Assembly: GCA_015062235.1 (NCBI GenBank) | Contig: SUUZ01000004.1 | Coordinates: 17,497-81,496 of the forward strand | Origin: Alphaproteobacteria bacterium | Lineage (GTDB): Bacteria; Pseudomonadota; Alphaproteobacteria; RF32; CAG-239 | Direction: 5' to 3' | DNA length: 64,000 bases | Shown: positions 20,550-30,278 of the stretch, in pieces | Layout: every line of letters starts with the position of its first letter | Numbering within the stretch: the first letter of the stretch is position 1 | Translations under genes and position numbers: made by a program | The notes under the pieces: model-generated | Seen by the model: the letters and a program-made list of their open reading frames with translations, nothing else | Told to the model about the DNA's origin: nothing | Database searches by the model: none

Positions 20550-21130
20550 TTTACCGTTCTTTTGATATCTTCAATACGAGGAATTACAGAATTTTCAATA
20601 ATAAATGCTATTGAACGTTCAACTACTTTATCTGTATGTTTTACCGCATCCCAAGTAGCAGTTGATGTTTCTCCCTTAGCAGCTATTTTTTGGTAAAGCA
20701 AAGCCATTTCTGACAACGAATCGACAATTTGAGCAATATAGCCTGGCATTTTTAGATTTTCTTCACCACCAAAAAAACCTTCAACATACCCATGCTCAAC
20801 TTCTTCAAAGCGATTTTGACAGTAGGAAACAATATCTTTTTCTTTTAAATTAGGGAGTTTTACCTTGGCTAATTTAATACTCTCAAAAATATCATCCCAA
20901 AGCCCCATAAAAAATTTAAAAAATAAATCAGCTTCTGACTTTGTTTCTAAGCGTGGAGCGCGCCCATTTTCCCAAAAAGATGAAATAACATCCGTTGGAC
21001 GAAGATTTAAATTAGGTGAACAAATGGCACCCGCAAAACGCATTTTAATAACATTAAGCGGTGTTGGACAGGAATAATGTTCCAACATTTTAATAAAACT
21101 CTCATCTCCAATATATTTGTTTGCTTGCAT
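20546..21130 (-). CDS. hypothetical protein (194 aa)
   Basis: Intact ORF, family not recognised. Confidence 0.4.
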   Translation of the reverse strand: MQANKYIGDESFIKMLEHYSCPTPLNVIKMRFAGAICSPNLNLRPTDVISSFWENGRAPRLETKSEADLFFKFFMGLWDDIFESIKLAKVKLPNLKEKDIVSYCQNRFEEVEHGYVEGFFGGEENLKMPGYIAQIVDSLSEMALLYQKIAAKGETSTATWDAVKHTDKVVERSIAFIIENSVIPRIEDIKRTVN

Positions 21131-21174
21131 TTTTTGTTCTTCTTGTTATAGTTGTCAGAAAATATTTATGGTAG

Positions 21175-21516
21175 TTGAGTATAAGGAGTTTTAGTAAATT
21201 GGCAAGTATCAAATTAATAAATATTGCTGTTTTGACCTCTCTGCTTTGTGGTTGTGCGCAGTTTGGACCTTTTGTGGATAGACGACGTGAAGCAGGAGGT
21301 TTGGCTGATGGTGCTCTTTATGTGGGAAAATCAACTCCACAAGAACCCGCTGTTTGTTACAACAAACTATATACTAGTTTTACTGAGGTACAGGCTTTGG
21401 CTGATGAAGAATGTAAAAAATATAAGACAGGCACAAAAGCTGTTCCTGTTAGACAGACTATTTTTACTTGCCGTCTTTTGATACCTAACCATTACTATTT
21501 TAAATGTGAAAATTAA
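21175..21516 (+). CDS. hypothetical lipoprotein (113 aa)
   Basis: Signal peptide with LLCGC lipobox. Confidence 0.45.
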   Translation: MSIRSFSKLASIKLINIAVLTSLLCGCAQFGPFVDRRREAGGLADGALYVGKSTPQEPAVCYNKLYTSFTEVQALADEECKKYKTGTKAVPVRQTIFTCRLLIPNHYYFKCEN

Positions 21517-21527
21517 GGAAAACAAAA

Positions 21528-23267
21528 ATGAATTTATCTTTAGAAAATTTAGTTAATCAGAAAATGCAAAATGCTTTTGCTAAACTTGGACTTGATAGCA
21601 AATTTGCTTTGGTTAAAGTTTCGGATCGTCCAGATTTGAGTGATTTTCAATGTAATGGTGCTTTAGCTTTGGCAAAAAGTGAGAAGAAAAATCCACGTGA
21701 AATAGCTACACAAATAGCAGATATTTTGGCAACCGATGCTGATTTTGCTAAAATTTCAGTTGATGGTCCAGGATTTTTAAATATTTCGGTTGCCAACGAA
21801 TATATAGCAAAAAACATGCAAAATATTGCAGATGATAAAATGCTAGGTGTCGAAAAAATTGATAATCCTAAAACCGTTGTTCTTGATTATGGCGGACCAA
21901 ATGTGGCCAAGGCGATGCATGTCGGCCACTTAAGAGCTGGTGTTATCGGCGAATCTGTTTCAAGAATCGAACGTTTTTTAGGTAATAATGTAATATCTGA
22001 TGTTCACTTCGGCGATTGGGGCACTCCAATGGGTATGATTTTGGCTGAAATCATCAATCATGACGGCGATTTAAGTAAAGCAACAACTTATAATGTTGAT
22101 GAAATAACCGAATTTTATAAAAATGCCAACATTCGTTGCAAAGAAGATGAAGATGCTAAACAAACTGCTCGTGTTATTACCGCAAAATTGCAAGATGGTG
22201 ATGCAGAATATCGCAATGCTTGGCAGCACATCCGAAACATATCCGTTGATGCGGTGAAGCAAAATTATGAAGCATTAGATGTTAATTTTGATTTGTGGCT
22301 CGGCGAAAGTGATGCCCACGAAGCAAGTGGCGATGTAGTTGAAATGGCAAAACAAATGGACTTGGCTGAAATGGATGACGGCGCACTTATTATGCGTTTG
22401 GAAGAAACAAATAAGCCTATGCCTCCAACAATTTTGATTAAACGCGATGGAGGTTTTGGATATCAAATTACTGATATTGCAACTATTAAGATGAGAGTTG
22501 AAGATTTGAAGGCTGATGAAGTTTATTACTTTGTTGATCAGCGCCAATCTCTTCACTTTGAACAAGTTTTTCAATCAGTAGAAAAATTGAAATTTGCACC
22601 AAATTTAGTGATGAAACACTATGGATTTGGCACGGTTAACGGTAAAGATGGTAAACCTTTCAAAACTCGTGATGGCGGTGTGATGACATTGGAAAATCTA
22701 ATTAAAATGTCTAAAGATAAGGTACGTGAATCAATACCTGAGGCAGGCGAAGTTGATGGATATGGCGATGTTGAAATTGAAAAATTGGTTAATCAAGTTG
22801 CTATTGGTGCAATAAAATTCCAAGATCTTAAAAATAATACTGCATCAGGTTATATTTTTGATTTGGAAGATTTTGCTAAATTTGAAGGAAAAACAGGACC
22901 ATATATTCAATATGCTATTGCACGTATAAATTCAATTTTACGCAAAGCAAAAGACAAATCTATGGAGCCAGCTCAAATTGTTATTAATAATAAAGAAGAG
23001 CGTGATTTGGCTTTAAAAATAGCGCAACTAAATGCAGCCATTATGCGTGCTCATAATGAGAAAGAACCAAGTGTTATTGCTGATTATGCATATACTTTGG
23101 CGCAAGTATTCTCTAGTTTTTATAATGCAGCCCCTATTATGAGTGCTGAAACTAAAGAAATAGCACAATCACGCTTGTCTTTGGCTAAATTGGTTAGAGA
23201 TATTTTAGTTAAGCTTTTATACTTATTAGGAATTGAGTCTCCTGAGGTCATGTTGAAAAAGAGTTAA
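21528..23267 (+). CDS. argS: arginine--tRNA ligase
   Basis: 579 aa with an ArgRS N-terminal domain, HVGH (HIGH-type) motif and C-terminal DALR anticodon-binding region. Confidence 0.92.
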   Translation: MNLSLENLVNQKMQNAFAKLGLDSKFALVKVSDRPDLSDFQCNGALALAKSEKKNPREIATQIADILATDADFAKISVDGPGFLNISVANEYIAKNMQNIADDKMLGVEKIDNPKTVVLDYGGPNVAKAMHVGHLRAGVIGESVSRIERFLGNNVISDVHFGDWGTPMGMILAEIINHDGDLSKATTYNVDEITEFYKNANIRCKEDEDAKQTARVITAKLQDGDAEYRNAWQHIRNISVDAVKQNYEALDVNFDLWLGESDAHEASGDVVEMAKQMDLAEMDDGALIMRLEETNKPMPPTILIKRDGGFGYQITDIATIKMRVEDLKADEVYYFVDQRQSLHFEQVFQSVEKLKFAPNLVMKHYGFGTVNGKDGKPFKTRDGGVMTLENLIKMSKDKVRESIPEAGEVDGYGDVEIEKLVNQVAIGAIKFQDLKNNTASGYIFDLEDFAKFEGKTGPYIQYAIARINSILRKAKDKSMEPAQIVINNKEERDLALKIAQLNAAIMRAHNEKEPSVIADYAYTLAQVFSSFYNAAPIMSAETKEIAQSRLSLAKLVRDILVKLLYLLGIESPEVMLKKS

Positions 23268-23303
23268 AACTTGAAGGCTCCAATAATTTGGAGCCTTTAA
23301 GTT

Positions 23304-24734
23304 TTAAGCAAGCTTTTTAATTGCGGTGTCAATTCGTTTTAGACATTCTTCTTTGCCCAAAACTACAGCTAATTCTGTTGCACCTCCAGGTGTTGTTTCA
23401 AGACCTGAAAAAGCTATACGAGCAGGATATAAAATTTGACCGTTCTTCATCTCGTTTGTTTCAGCTAGATATTTTAAGCTTGTAAACAAAGCATCGTTGT
23501 TCCATTCAGTTTGATTTTGCAATACATCTTTTATTAACGGTAGAGCTTTTTTGGCAACTTCGATATCTGTTTTCATCTTTTTGTTAATAAATAACTCAAT
23601 CGAATAGTCTGGAAGTTCTTTAACAAATGCAATTTGGTCGGCAATTTGAGCAAATGTTTCGATACGTGGCTGCAAAGCTTTTGCCAGAGCTTTTTTATCG
23701 ATATTTGATGGTAATTCTGCAAAATATGATTCAGCATATTTATAAAAATCTTCTTCACTTAAATTGCGGATGTAAACACCATTCATCCATGTTAATTTTA
23801 CTATATCAAAAATTGCTGGTGATTTGTTTAGGCGTTCTACAGAAAATATTTTTTCTAAATCTTTTATAGAAAAAATTTCTTCTTCAGTTCCAGGGTTCCA
23901 CCCCAAAAGGGCAATATAGTTAATAATGGCTTCTGGTAGATATCCTTTTGCTAACAAATCTTGAAAAGATGCATCGCCATTGCGTTTGGAGAGCTTGTGT
24001 TGTGCGTCTTTCATAACTGGAGGAAGATGAACATAAATAGGACGTTTAAAACCAAATGTATCGTACATAAGATTGTATTTTGGTGTTGATGGTAAATATT
24101 CGCTACCACGAACTACATGAGTGATTCCCATTAAATGATCATCTATAACATTGGCAAAATTATAGGTTGGAAAACCATCTGATTTAAGTAATACGCCTTC
24201 GTCAAGCTCATCATAATCTATTTCAATTGTACCATAAACCTTATCCTCGTATTTTGATTTTCCCGTTTGATTTATAGTTTGGCGAATAACAAATGGTTCG
24301 CCATTAGCTATGCGTTTTTTTGCTTCTTCTAACGAAATCTTTTTGCAAGGATCTTCTAATTTGCAAATTATTTCGTTGCCCTCTTCATCAAATTGTTTTT
24401 CTCTTTCACCACAAAAACAATAATGTGCACCACCTAATTCTACTAATTTGTGAGCATATGGAGCATAGATATCTTTGCGTTCTGATTGAATATATGGACC
24501 AAAATCGCCACCAATATCTGGACCTTCGTCCCAATTCATTCCAACCATTTTTAAGGTGTTATATATTATATCTGTTGCACCTTCGACATAGCGTTTTTGG
24601 TCTGTATCTTCAATACGCAATAAGAAATCTCCACCTTGGGCTTTAGCAATCAAATACTCATAAAGAGCTGTACGCAAATTGCCAATATGCATATACCCTG
24701 TAGGACTTGGAGCAAAACGAGTGCGAGTTTTCAT
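23304..24734 (-). CDS. gltX: glutamate--tRNA ligase
   Basis: 476 aa with PSPTGYMHIGNLRTAL (HIGH) and KLSKR (KMSKS) motifs. Confidence 0.92.
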   Translation of the reverse strand: MKTRTRFAPSPTGYMHIGNLRTALYEYLIAKAQGGDFLLRIEDTDQKRYVEGATDIIYNTLKMVGMNWDEGPDIGGDFGPYIQSERKDIYAPYAHKLVELGGAHYCFCGEREKQFDEEGNEIICKLEDPCKKISLEEAKKRIANGEPFVIRQTINQTGKSKYEDKVYGTIEIDYDELDEGVLLKSDGFPTYNFANVIDDHLMGITHVVRGSEYLPSTPKYNLMYDTFGFKRPIYVHLPPVMKDAQHKLSKRNGDASFQDLLAKGYLPEAIINYIALLGWNPGTEEEIFSIKDLEKIFSVERLNKSPAIFDIVKLTWMNGVYIRNLSEEDFYKYAESYFAELPSNIDKKALAKALQPRIETFAQIADQIAFVKELPDYSIELFINKKMKTDIEVAKKALPLIKDVLQNQTEWNNDALFTSLKYLAETNEMKNGQILYPARIAFSGLETTPGGATELAVVLGKEECLKRIDTAIKKLA

Positions 24735-24749
24735 ATTTTTATTCCTTTT

Positions 24750-26408
24750 TTATTTCATTAATTTTAGAGCAGCTGCTCGAGCTTCGTCAGAAATTGTTTC
24801 ACCAGCAAGCATGCGGGCAATTTCTTCTTGTCTTTCGTCAGCTGATAATGGATAAACAACAGTTGAAGTTATATCATTTTGGGTATGTTTGGCAACTTTA
24901 AAATGGTAAGCACCTAAAGCTGCCACTTGAGGAGAATGAGTAACAACTAGAACTTGAACACCTTGTCCAAGACGAGATAACCTCTCACCAACAGCTTGAG
25001 CTACAGCTCCACCAATACCTGTGTCTACCTCGTCAAAAATCATGGTTGTAATATTTGACGAAGATGCCAAATTAACCTTTAGTGCTAACATAAAACGTGC
25101 TAATTCGCCACCTGAGGCAATTTTGTTAATTGGTCCTTGCGGTGAATTTGGATTAGTAGCTACCGTAAAACAAACGTCATCGAAACCAAGTGAAGACCAT
25201 TCATTTTCTGCTTTTTTATTGATAAGTGTTACAAATTTGGCTTTTTCCATTTTTAGCGGAGGTAGTTCGTTCATAACCAAAGTATCAAGATTTTGAGCCG
25301 CTTCAACCCTTGCTTTGTGTAGATTATTGGCCGTTTCAATATAGTTTATTCGTTTGTTTTGTTCGTCTTGGCGAAGAATATTGAGTCCATCTTCGCCCAT
25401 CTCAATTGATGAGAGTTGTTGTTTGAAATTTTCAAGTGTTACAGCTAAATCATCTACAGAAACGCTATGTTTGCGAGCAATATCTTTGAGAGCAAAAATA
25501 CGACTATCAATACTTTCTTGTTCGCTGGAATTAAGAGCAATATCTGATGATGCACTCTCAATTTGTTCGACAACATCTGTTATTTCTATCAAAGCTCGGT
25601 CAAGAGCTGAATAAATTTCGTCGTATTTACCATCAACATAACTATTTGCTTTATCAATACCATTTTGAGCTGCTCGCAAAGATGATGAAACATCTTTGCC
25701 TTGAGTTAACGCAGAATAGGCATAGTTTAGATTTTCTATGATTTTTTCGGCATGCATCAATTCTTGTCGTCTGGTCTGGAGTTCTTCAATTTCGCCAATA
25801 CGAGGTGATAGCTGTTCAAGCTCGTTAATCCAATGGCGCAAATTATCTTCATCTTCTTTAGCTTTAGCTATATTATTTTCGGCACTTATACGTTTTGCGG
25901 TAGCTTCTTTATATGCAGTATAAGCTGTTTGACAATTGTCTAACAGACTTTTATAACCACCAAAGTTATCTAAAATTGATAAATGATTTGCAGGATTTAA
26001 TAAGCCTTGATTATCAAATTGCCCATGTATTTCAACTAGATATTTACCTATTTCTTTTAATAGTTTAGCTGATATGGGCTGATCATTAAAAAATATTTTA
26101 CCAGAACCAGATGTTGAAAGTGTACGCTTTATCATAATTTCTGATTCGATATCTAAATCATTGTCAGTTAAAAGTTTTTGAAATTCAGTATTGTCAATAT
26201 TATCAAAAACTGCGGTAACTGAAAGTTTTTCACATCCTTTACGAATGAGAGAGGTTTCTGCTCGTTTACCTAGAACAAGCCCTAATGAGTCTAGCAAAAT
26301 AGACTTTCCTGCACCTGTTTCACCTGTAAGAACACCAAACCCAGCTTTGAAATCAATATCAAGCTGTTCAATCAATACAACATTAGATATATTAAGCGAG
26401 CGTAACAT
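24750..26408 (-). CDS. recN: DNA repair protein RecN
   Basis: 552 aa SMC-like protein with N-terminal GETGAGKS Walker A and a C-terminal signature/Walker B region, in the lpxC-bamD-recN order. Confidence 0.9.
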   Translation of the reverse strand: MLRSLNISNVVLIEQLDIDFKAGFGVLTGETGAGKSILLDSLGLVLGKRAETSLIRKGCEKLSVTAVFDNIDNTEFQKLLTDNDLDIESEIMIKRTLSTSGSGKIFFNDQPISAKLLKEIGKYLVEIHGQFDNQGLLNPANHLSILDNFGGYKSLLDNCQTAYTAYKEATAKRISAENNIAKAKEDEDNLRHWINELEQLSPRIGEIEELQTRRQELMHAEKIIENLNYAYSALTQGKDVSSSLRAAQNGIDKANSYVDGKYDEIYSALDRALIEITDVVEQIESASSDIALNSSEQESIDSRIFALKDIARKHSVSVDDLAVTLENFKQQLSSIEMGEDGLNILRQDEQNKRINYIETANNLHKARVEAAQNLDTLVMNELPPLKMEKAKFVTLINKKAENEWSSLGFDDVCFTVATNPNSPQGPINKIASGGELARFMLALKVNLASSSNITTMIFDEVDTGIGGAVAQAVGERLSRLGQGVQVLVVTHSPQVAALGAYHFKVAKHTQNDITSTVVYPLSADERQEEIARMLAGETISDEARAAALKLMK

Positions 26409-26416
26409 AAACTAGG

Positions 26417-27142
26417 TTATTCCTTTAGTGCTAAAGCCATTTTGTACCACTTACTATCAGGATAGTTATGTCCTAAAACTTTTAATACACCGCTAGCTTC
26501 TTTATTAAGCCCCAAAATAACATAAATTTCTATTTGTCGATAAAGAGCTTCTTCAATTTGTGGAGTTGTTTGATAATTTTCAACTACAGCAGAAAACCTA
26601 TTTAATGCTGAAAGATAGTTTTTTTGGTTTAGATAATAGCGGCCAACGTCCATTTCTTGTCCTGCTAGATGGTCGCGAATAAGAGCCATTTTGCCTTGAG
26701 CATCTTTGGCATATTCTGAATTAGGAAAGCGAACAATAACTTGATTGAAGGCTTCTTCGGCTTTGGCTGTATTGTCTTGATCTTTTTCTGCGCCAACGAT
26801 TTGGTCGTAATAGCACATTCCTTTCATATAATAGGCATAGGCAATATCTTTATTTCCAGGGTGATAGCGAATGAACCTATCAAGTGCTAGGATAGCATCG
26901 TCATATTTTTCATTTTTATAATACGAATAGGCCGCCATAAGTTTAGCTTTGGTTGCCCATTTTGAGTAAGGATGCTCTAGTTCAACTTTTTCAAATGTAG
27001 CTGCAGCTTTAGCCCAAGCGGTTTGATCCATCTCAGCATATCCTTGATTATATAAATCTTCGGCTGTTGGATTTGTAACTTCGGTCGAGGTCGAAGCGCA
27101 AGCGGCTGTAAAAAGTAATAAACCCAAAACAATTTTTTTCAT
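26417..27142 (-). CDS. bamD: outer membrane protein assembly factor BamD (TPR lipoprotein)
   Basis: Lipoprotein signal (LLFTAACAS), TPR repeats, and the conserved position between lpxC and recN. Confidence 0.8.
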   Translation of the reverse strand: MKKIVLGLLLFTAACASTSTEVTNPTAEDLYNQGYAEMDQTAWAKAAATFEKVELEHPYSKWATKAKLMAAYSYYKNEKYDDAILALDRFIRYHPGNKDIAYAYYMKGMCYYDQIVGAEKDQDNTAKAEEAFNQVIVRFPNSEYAKDAQGKMALIRDHLAGQEMDVGRYYLNQKNYLSALNRFSAVVENYQTTPQIEEALYRQIEIYVILGLNKEASGVLKVLGHNYPDSKWYKMALALKE

Positions 27143-27143
27143 T

Positions 27144-28004
27144 TTATTTATCCTTTTGTATTATTTGATAATTTGTGTTATCAGCAAATAATCTTTTTAA
27201 TAGCTGATTATTATGATAATGACCCGTCTTGTAAGCAGTTAGCTTACCAATTATAGGAAAGCCTGCGGTGTACATATCCCCTATTGCATCTAAAACTTTG
27301 TGATTTACACATTCATTTTTAACTCTAAAACCGTCGGGATTTAAGATGGTTTCGCCATCTAGTACAACGGCATTATCTAGGCTTCCGCCTTTGATAAGGC
27401 CAATAGAACGTAGATAATCTATTTGATATTTTTCACAAAAAGTTCGGCAAGGAGCTATTTCTTTAATGAAGATATCCTCAGTAATTGAATTGCAAAATTC
27501 TTGATGACCAACAATTTTTGAAGGAAATTCTATTGTAAAATTAATTTGAAACTCGTCAGCTGGTTCTAGTGATACTTTATTTCCTTTATCATCGGCAAAT
27601 TCAACTTGTTGCAATATTTTGATGTATTTGCGTGGCGTGTTTTGTTTTTTTACGCCTACTTGTTGCAATTTTTGCCAAAATATTGTAGCTGCACCGTCTA
27701 AAATTGGCATTTCAGGGGAATCTATTTCAACAAGCAAATTGTCAACATGCATAACAGATAGAGCTGCCATTAAATGTTCAATAGTTGAAATTGTATTACC
27801 TTTTTTATCTCCCAAACATGTGCAATTTTGTGTATCTACAACATTAGAGTAAAGTGCTTTTAGGGGAATAAAATCATTAATATCTGTACGTTTAAAAACA
27901 ATACCATGATTTTCAGCAGCAGGTTTGAGAACAAGTTTTGAGGTAACTCCTGAATGAAGCCCTACCCCATTAATTATTATTTCATTTGCAATAGTTTGTT
28001 GCAT
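27144..28004 (-). CDS. lpxC: UDP-3-O-acyl-N-acetylglucosamine deacetylase
   Basis: LpxC fold motifs (HTLEHLMAAL-like EHLMAALSV, zinc-binding His/Asp). Start placed at MQQTIANEII; the ORF-track start at 28091 would overlap the RNase P RNA. Confidence 0.9.
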   Translation of the reverse strand: MQQTIANEIIINGVGLHSGVTSKLVLKPAAENHGIVFKRTDINDFIPLKALYSNVVDTQNCTCLGDKKGNTISTIEHLMAALSVMHVDNLLVEIDSPEMPILDGAATIFWQKLQQVGVKKQNTPRKYIKILQQVEFADDKGNKVSLEPADEFQINFTIEFPSKIVGHQEFCNSITEDIFIKEIAPCRTFCEKYQIDYLRSIGLIKGGSLDNAVVLDGETILNPDGFRVKNECVNHKVLDAIGDMYTAGFPIIGKLTAYKTGHYHNNQLLKRLFADNTNYQIIQKDK

Positions 28005-28035
28005 TGTATGCCTTTTTCTACCCATTGTAACAAAC

Positions 28036-28426
28036 AAATAAGACAGCCTATAAGCCGAGTTTTGTAGTTTGGAAACCAAACCGACAGCCATTCATCTTGG
28101 CCAATTGTCACCAATTGGCTCGTCGCGACCTACCTCTGGAGTGGAGAGAGAACGCCCCATGTCATCTGGTTTGTTAAAAAACACCTAGACGCTCCTAACT
28201 TGGTCTTGCATCAGGTAGGGTTTACCTGGACCAGCGATGTTACCACCGCCGCGGTGAGCTCTTACCTCGCCTTTTCATCCTTACCAAACTAAAAAGTTGG
28301 CGGTATATTTCTGTGGCACTTTCCCTTGGGTTTCCCCAGCCAGACGTTATCTGGTACCATGTTCCCTTGATGCTCGGACTTTCCTCACTATAGGCATAAA
28401 GCTATAGCGCGACTGTCCAGCTATCT
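28036..28426 (-). ncRNA. rnpB: RNase P RNA (rnpB), bacterial type A
   Basis: The minus strand carries GGAAAGTCCGAGC (P4 5' strand), ...GGTAAGAGCTCACCG (P10-12 GNRA region), AGATGAATGGCTGTC and ACAAAACTCGGCTTATAGGCTGTC (P4 3' strand / ACAGAA-like). These line up with E. coli M1 RNA, and the region is GC-rich with no ORF. Confidence 0.88.
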
Positions 28427-28547
28427 TATTTGCTAGTTTATAAGAATAAACGCATAGTTTAATGATTGCAAGAGGTTTGTTAGAATTTATAAGCATAAAA
28501 AAAGTTTTGCACCGTATTGGTACAAAACTTTTTTGTCACTTAACAGA

Positions 28548-29312
28548 CTAAGCAATCTTTTTCTGTCTGCGTAGAGATTTTGGTGGTTCGAATGTAGCTT
28601 CCCGCACTCCGACTGGCATTGCCAATGGCGCGGAGAAGAACAATGTTCCACATGCACGGAAAAATGCGAGCACTACGTGAGTTCCGACTGTCTGATCATC
28701 GCCCCAAAAACGAATATAATTACATCCGTATACATCTTTGGGGTTATCAATTCTTAACATAGGTGTCGCCAAGAACTGAATACCACCCCAAAGGGCTGCG
28801 AAAATATTGATCTCACAATACGTCCACTCTTGGATGTCTCCAGTATATTCGTAGACATCACAAATGCCCTCATTGCGAACGAAAGAATAATTATGATTAA
28901 GATACTCTTTCGTCTGTACATAGAACTCTCCACCGATTATATTCTGCACAAGGCAGCTATTCTCGTCCACGCTCAAACCAGCAGCTTCTCGTACTCCGTT
29001 GATAACACTCTCAACATCGGCATTCGTCTTAACTTTATACACACGAATAGGCTGATTTTTGCTACACTTCCACACTCCATGCTTTCTTGCCATTTTTGTT
29101 CCAAGCTCTTTTAGATTGGAAATGTAATAATACGCTCTTCCTACCTCGTTATAAAGTACTCTGGGCACTTTCACTTTTTTACCATTTACAAAGGCTACAA
29201 CCTTACCATCAATATTGGTAATGAAGCCACCTTCATTAGTTACTTCGTCAGAATTTACCCAACGGAAACTTCTCTGATTCTTGTCTGTAAAGACTTTGTT
29301 TAATGTTGCCAT
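28548..29312 (-). CDS. hypothetical protein of foreign composition (255 aa from MATLNK)
   Basis: The ORF is clearly more GC-rich (~44% by eye) than its neighbours (~30%) and has different codon usage. No recognisable family. Flanked by rnpB and a 430-bp AT-rich spacer. Confidence 0.55.
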   Translation of the reverse strand: MATLNKVFTDKNQRSFRWVNSDEVTNEGGFITNIDGKVVAFVNGKKVKVPRVLYNEVGRAYYYISNLKELGTKMARKHGVWKCSKNQPIRVYKVKTNADVESVINGVREAAGLSVDENSCLVQNIIGGEFYVQTKEYLNHNYSFVRNEGICDVYEYTGDIQEWTYCEINIFAALWGGIQFLATPMLRIDNPKDVYGCNYIRFWGDDQTVGTHVVLAFFRACGTLFFSAPLAMPVGVREATFEPPKSLRRQKKIA

Positions 29313-29480
29313 AATTGTAATTTTTTTAATTAATTGATTAATGTTAATTTCAAAAAGCAAAGAGTTCTACTATTTGAAATAGAGCAACAATAACCATAAA
29401 ATGAAGAACAAGCTTCAAATTACAACTATGCAATAACCAATCAAATAATAGAACATAATAACTTTTTATATGAATTTATT

Positions 29481-29500
29481 GTACAGTTTTTTACAATGTT
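29481..29500 (+). repeat. 20-bp direct repeat copy 1 (GTACAGTTTTTTACAATGTT) in the mraZ upstream spacer
   Basis: Second copy at 29565-29584 (19/20 identical). The first copy is embedded in TTGTA-N8-TACAA dyad symmetry. Confidence 0.7.
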
Positions 29501-29564
29501 TTTGTTTTAGTTAATGTGTTGAAAATGCAAATTTATTAATTGTTGCGTAGCGTTGAAAAAAATG

Positions 29565-29584
29565 GTACAGTTTTTTGCAATGTT
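29565..29584 (+). repeat. 20-bp direct repeat copy 2 (GTACAGTTTTTTGCAATGTT)
   Basis: 84 bp downstream of copy 1; candidate operator pair. Confidence 0.7.
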
Positions 29585-29828
29585 GTGTTGTTATATTAAA
29601 AAATTTTAAGATATAAACAGCCTAAAAAAATATTTAAAAAAAGTGCATTTTTTTTGATTTTGCGCAAAGTCTTGCTGTGCTTAAAATACACAAAAACGAA
29701 ACAGAACATTACAAGAACAGTTAAAAAAATACTAAAATTTCCCATTGATTCCCATAAAATCCCGTGTTATACCATATATATAAAATCAAGAAATGAGGAT
29801 TTTGGATTTGCGTAAAACATTTTTATTT

Positions 29829-30278
29829 ATGGATACAGTAGTAAACAAGGTCGATGCAAAAGGCCGTGTTTCTTTGCCTGCTGACTACCGTTCTATAGTA
29901 AAAACCAAAGAATCTGAAATTGTCTGTTATCGCAGCCTTACTGCCCCTTGTATTGAGGGATGTCTGGAAGATTTGCTTGATAAATTGGCATCTGAAATGG
30001 AAGATGCTTTAGACTTTTTTTCTGAAACTCAAGATGATTTGACGAATTTAGTGTTTGGTGATGCCAAGCGCTATTCTTTTGATTCGACTGGTCGGATTAT
30101 GTTGTCGGACAAACTATTGAAACATGCTCAGATTAGCGATGCTGCTGTTTTTGTTGGTAAAGGGCGTAAGTTTCAAATTTGGAATCCTGAGAATTGGGCA
30201 AAAGAAGAGGCACGTATAAGAGCTGAAGTTATGAAAAAAAGACCCTCTATAAGAACAGTTTCAGAGGGGGATAAATAA
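29829..30278 (+). CDS. mraZ: transcriptional regulator MraZ
   Basis: Two MraZ/SpoVT-AbrB-like halves (DAKGRVSLP... and DSTGRIML...). Start chosen at MDTVVNKVDAKGRV; the ORF track begins 12 codons earlier. Confidence 0.8.
   Translation: MDTVVNKVDAKGRVSLPADYRSIVKTKESEIVCYRSLTAPCIEGCLEDLLDKLASEMEDALDFFSETQDDLTNLVFGDAKRYSFDSTGRIMLSDKLLKHAQISDAAVFVGKGRKFQIWNPENWAKEEARIRAEVMKKRPSIRTVSEGDK

Noticed and set aside
29361-29792. MraZ operator identified by similarity to E. coli TGGGN direct repeats
   Set aside because: No GTGGG/TGGGN triplet repeats are present. The 20-bp direct repeats seen are different, so the binding factor is left open.
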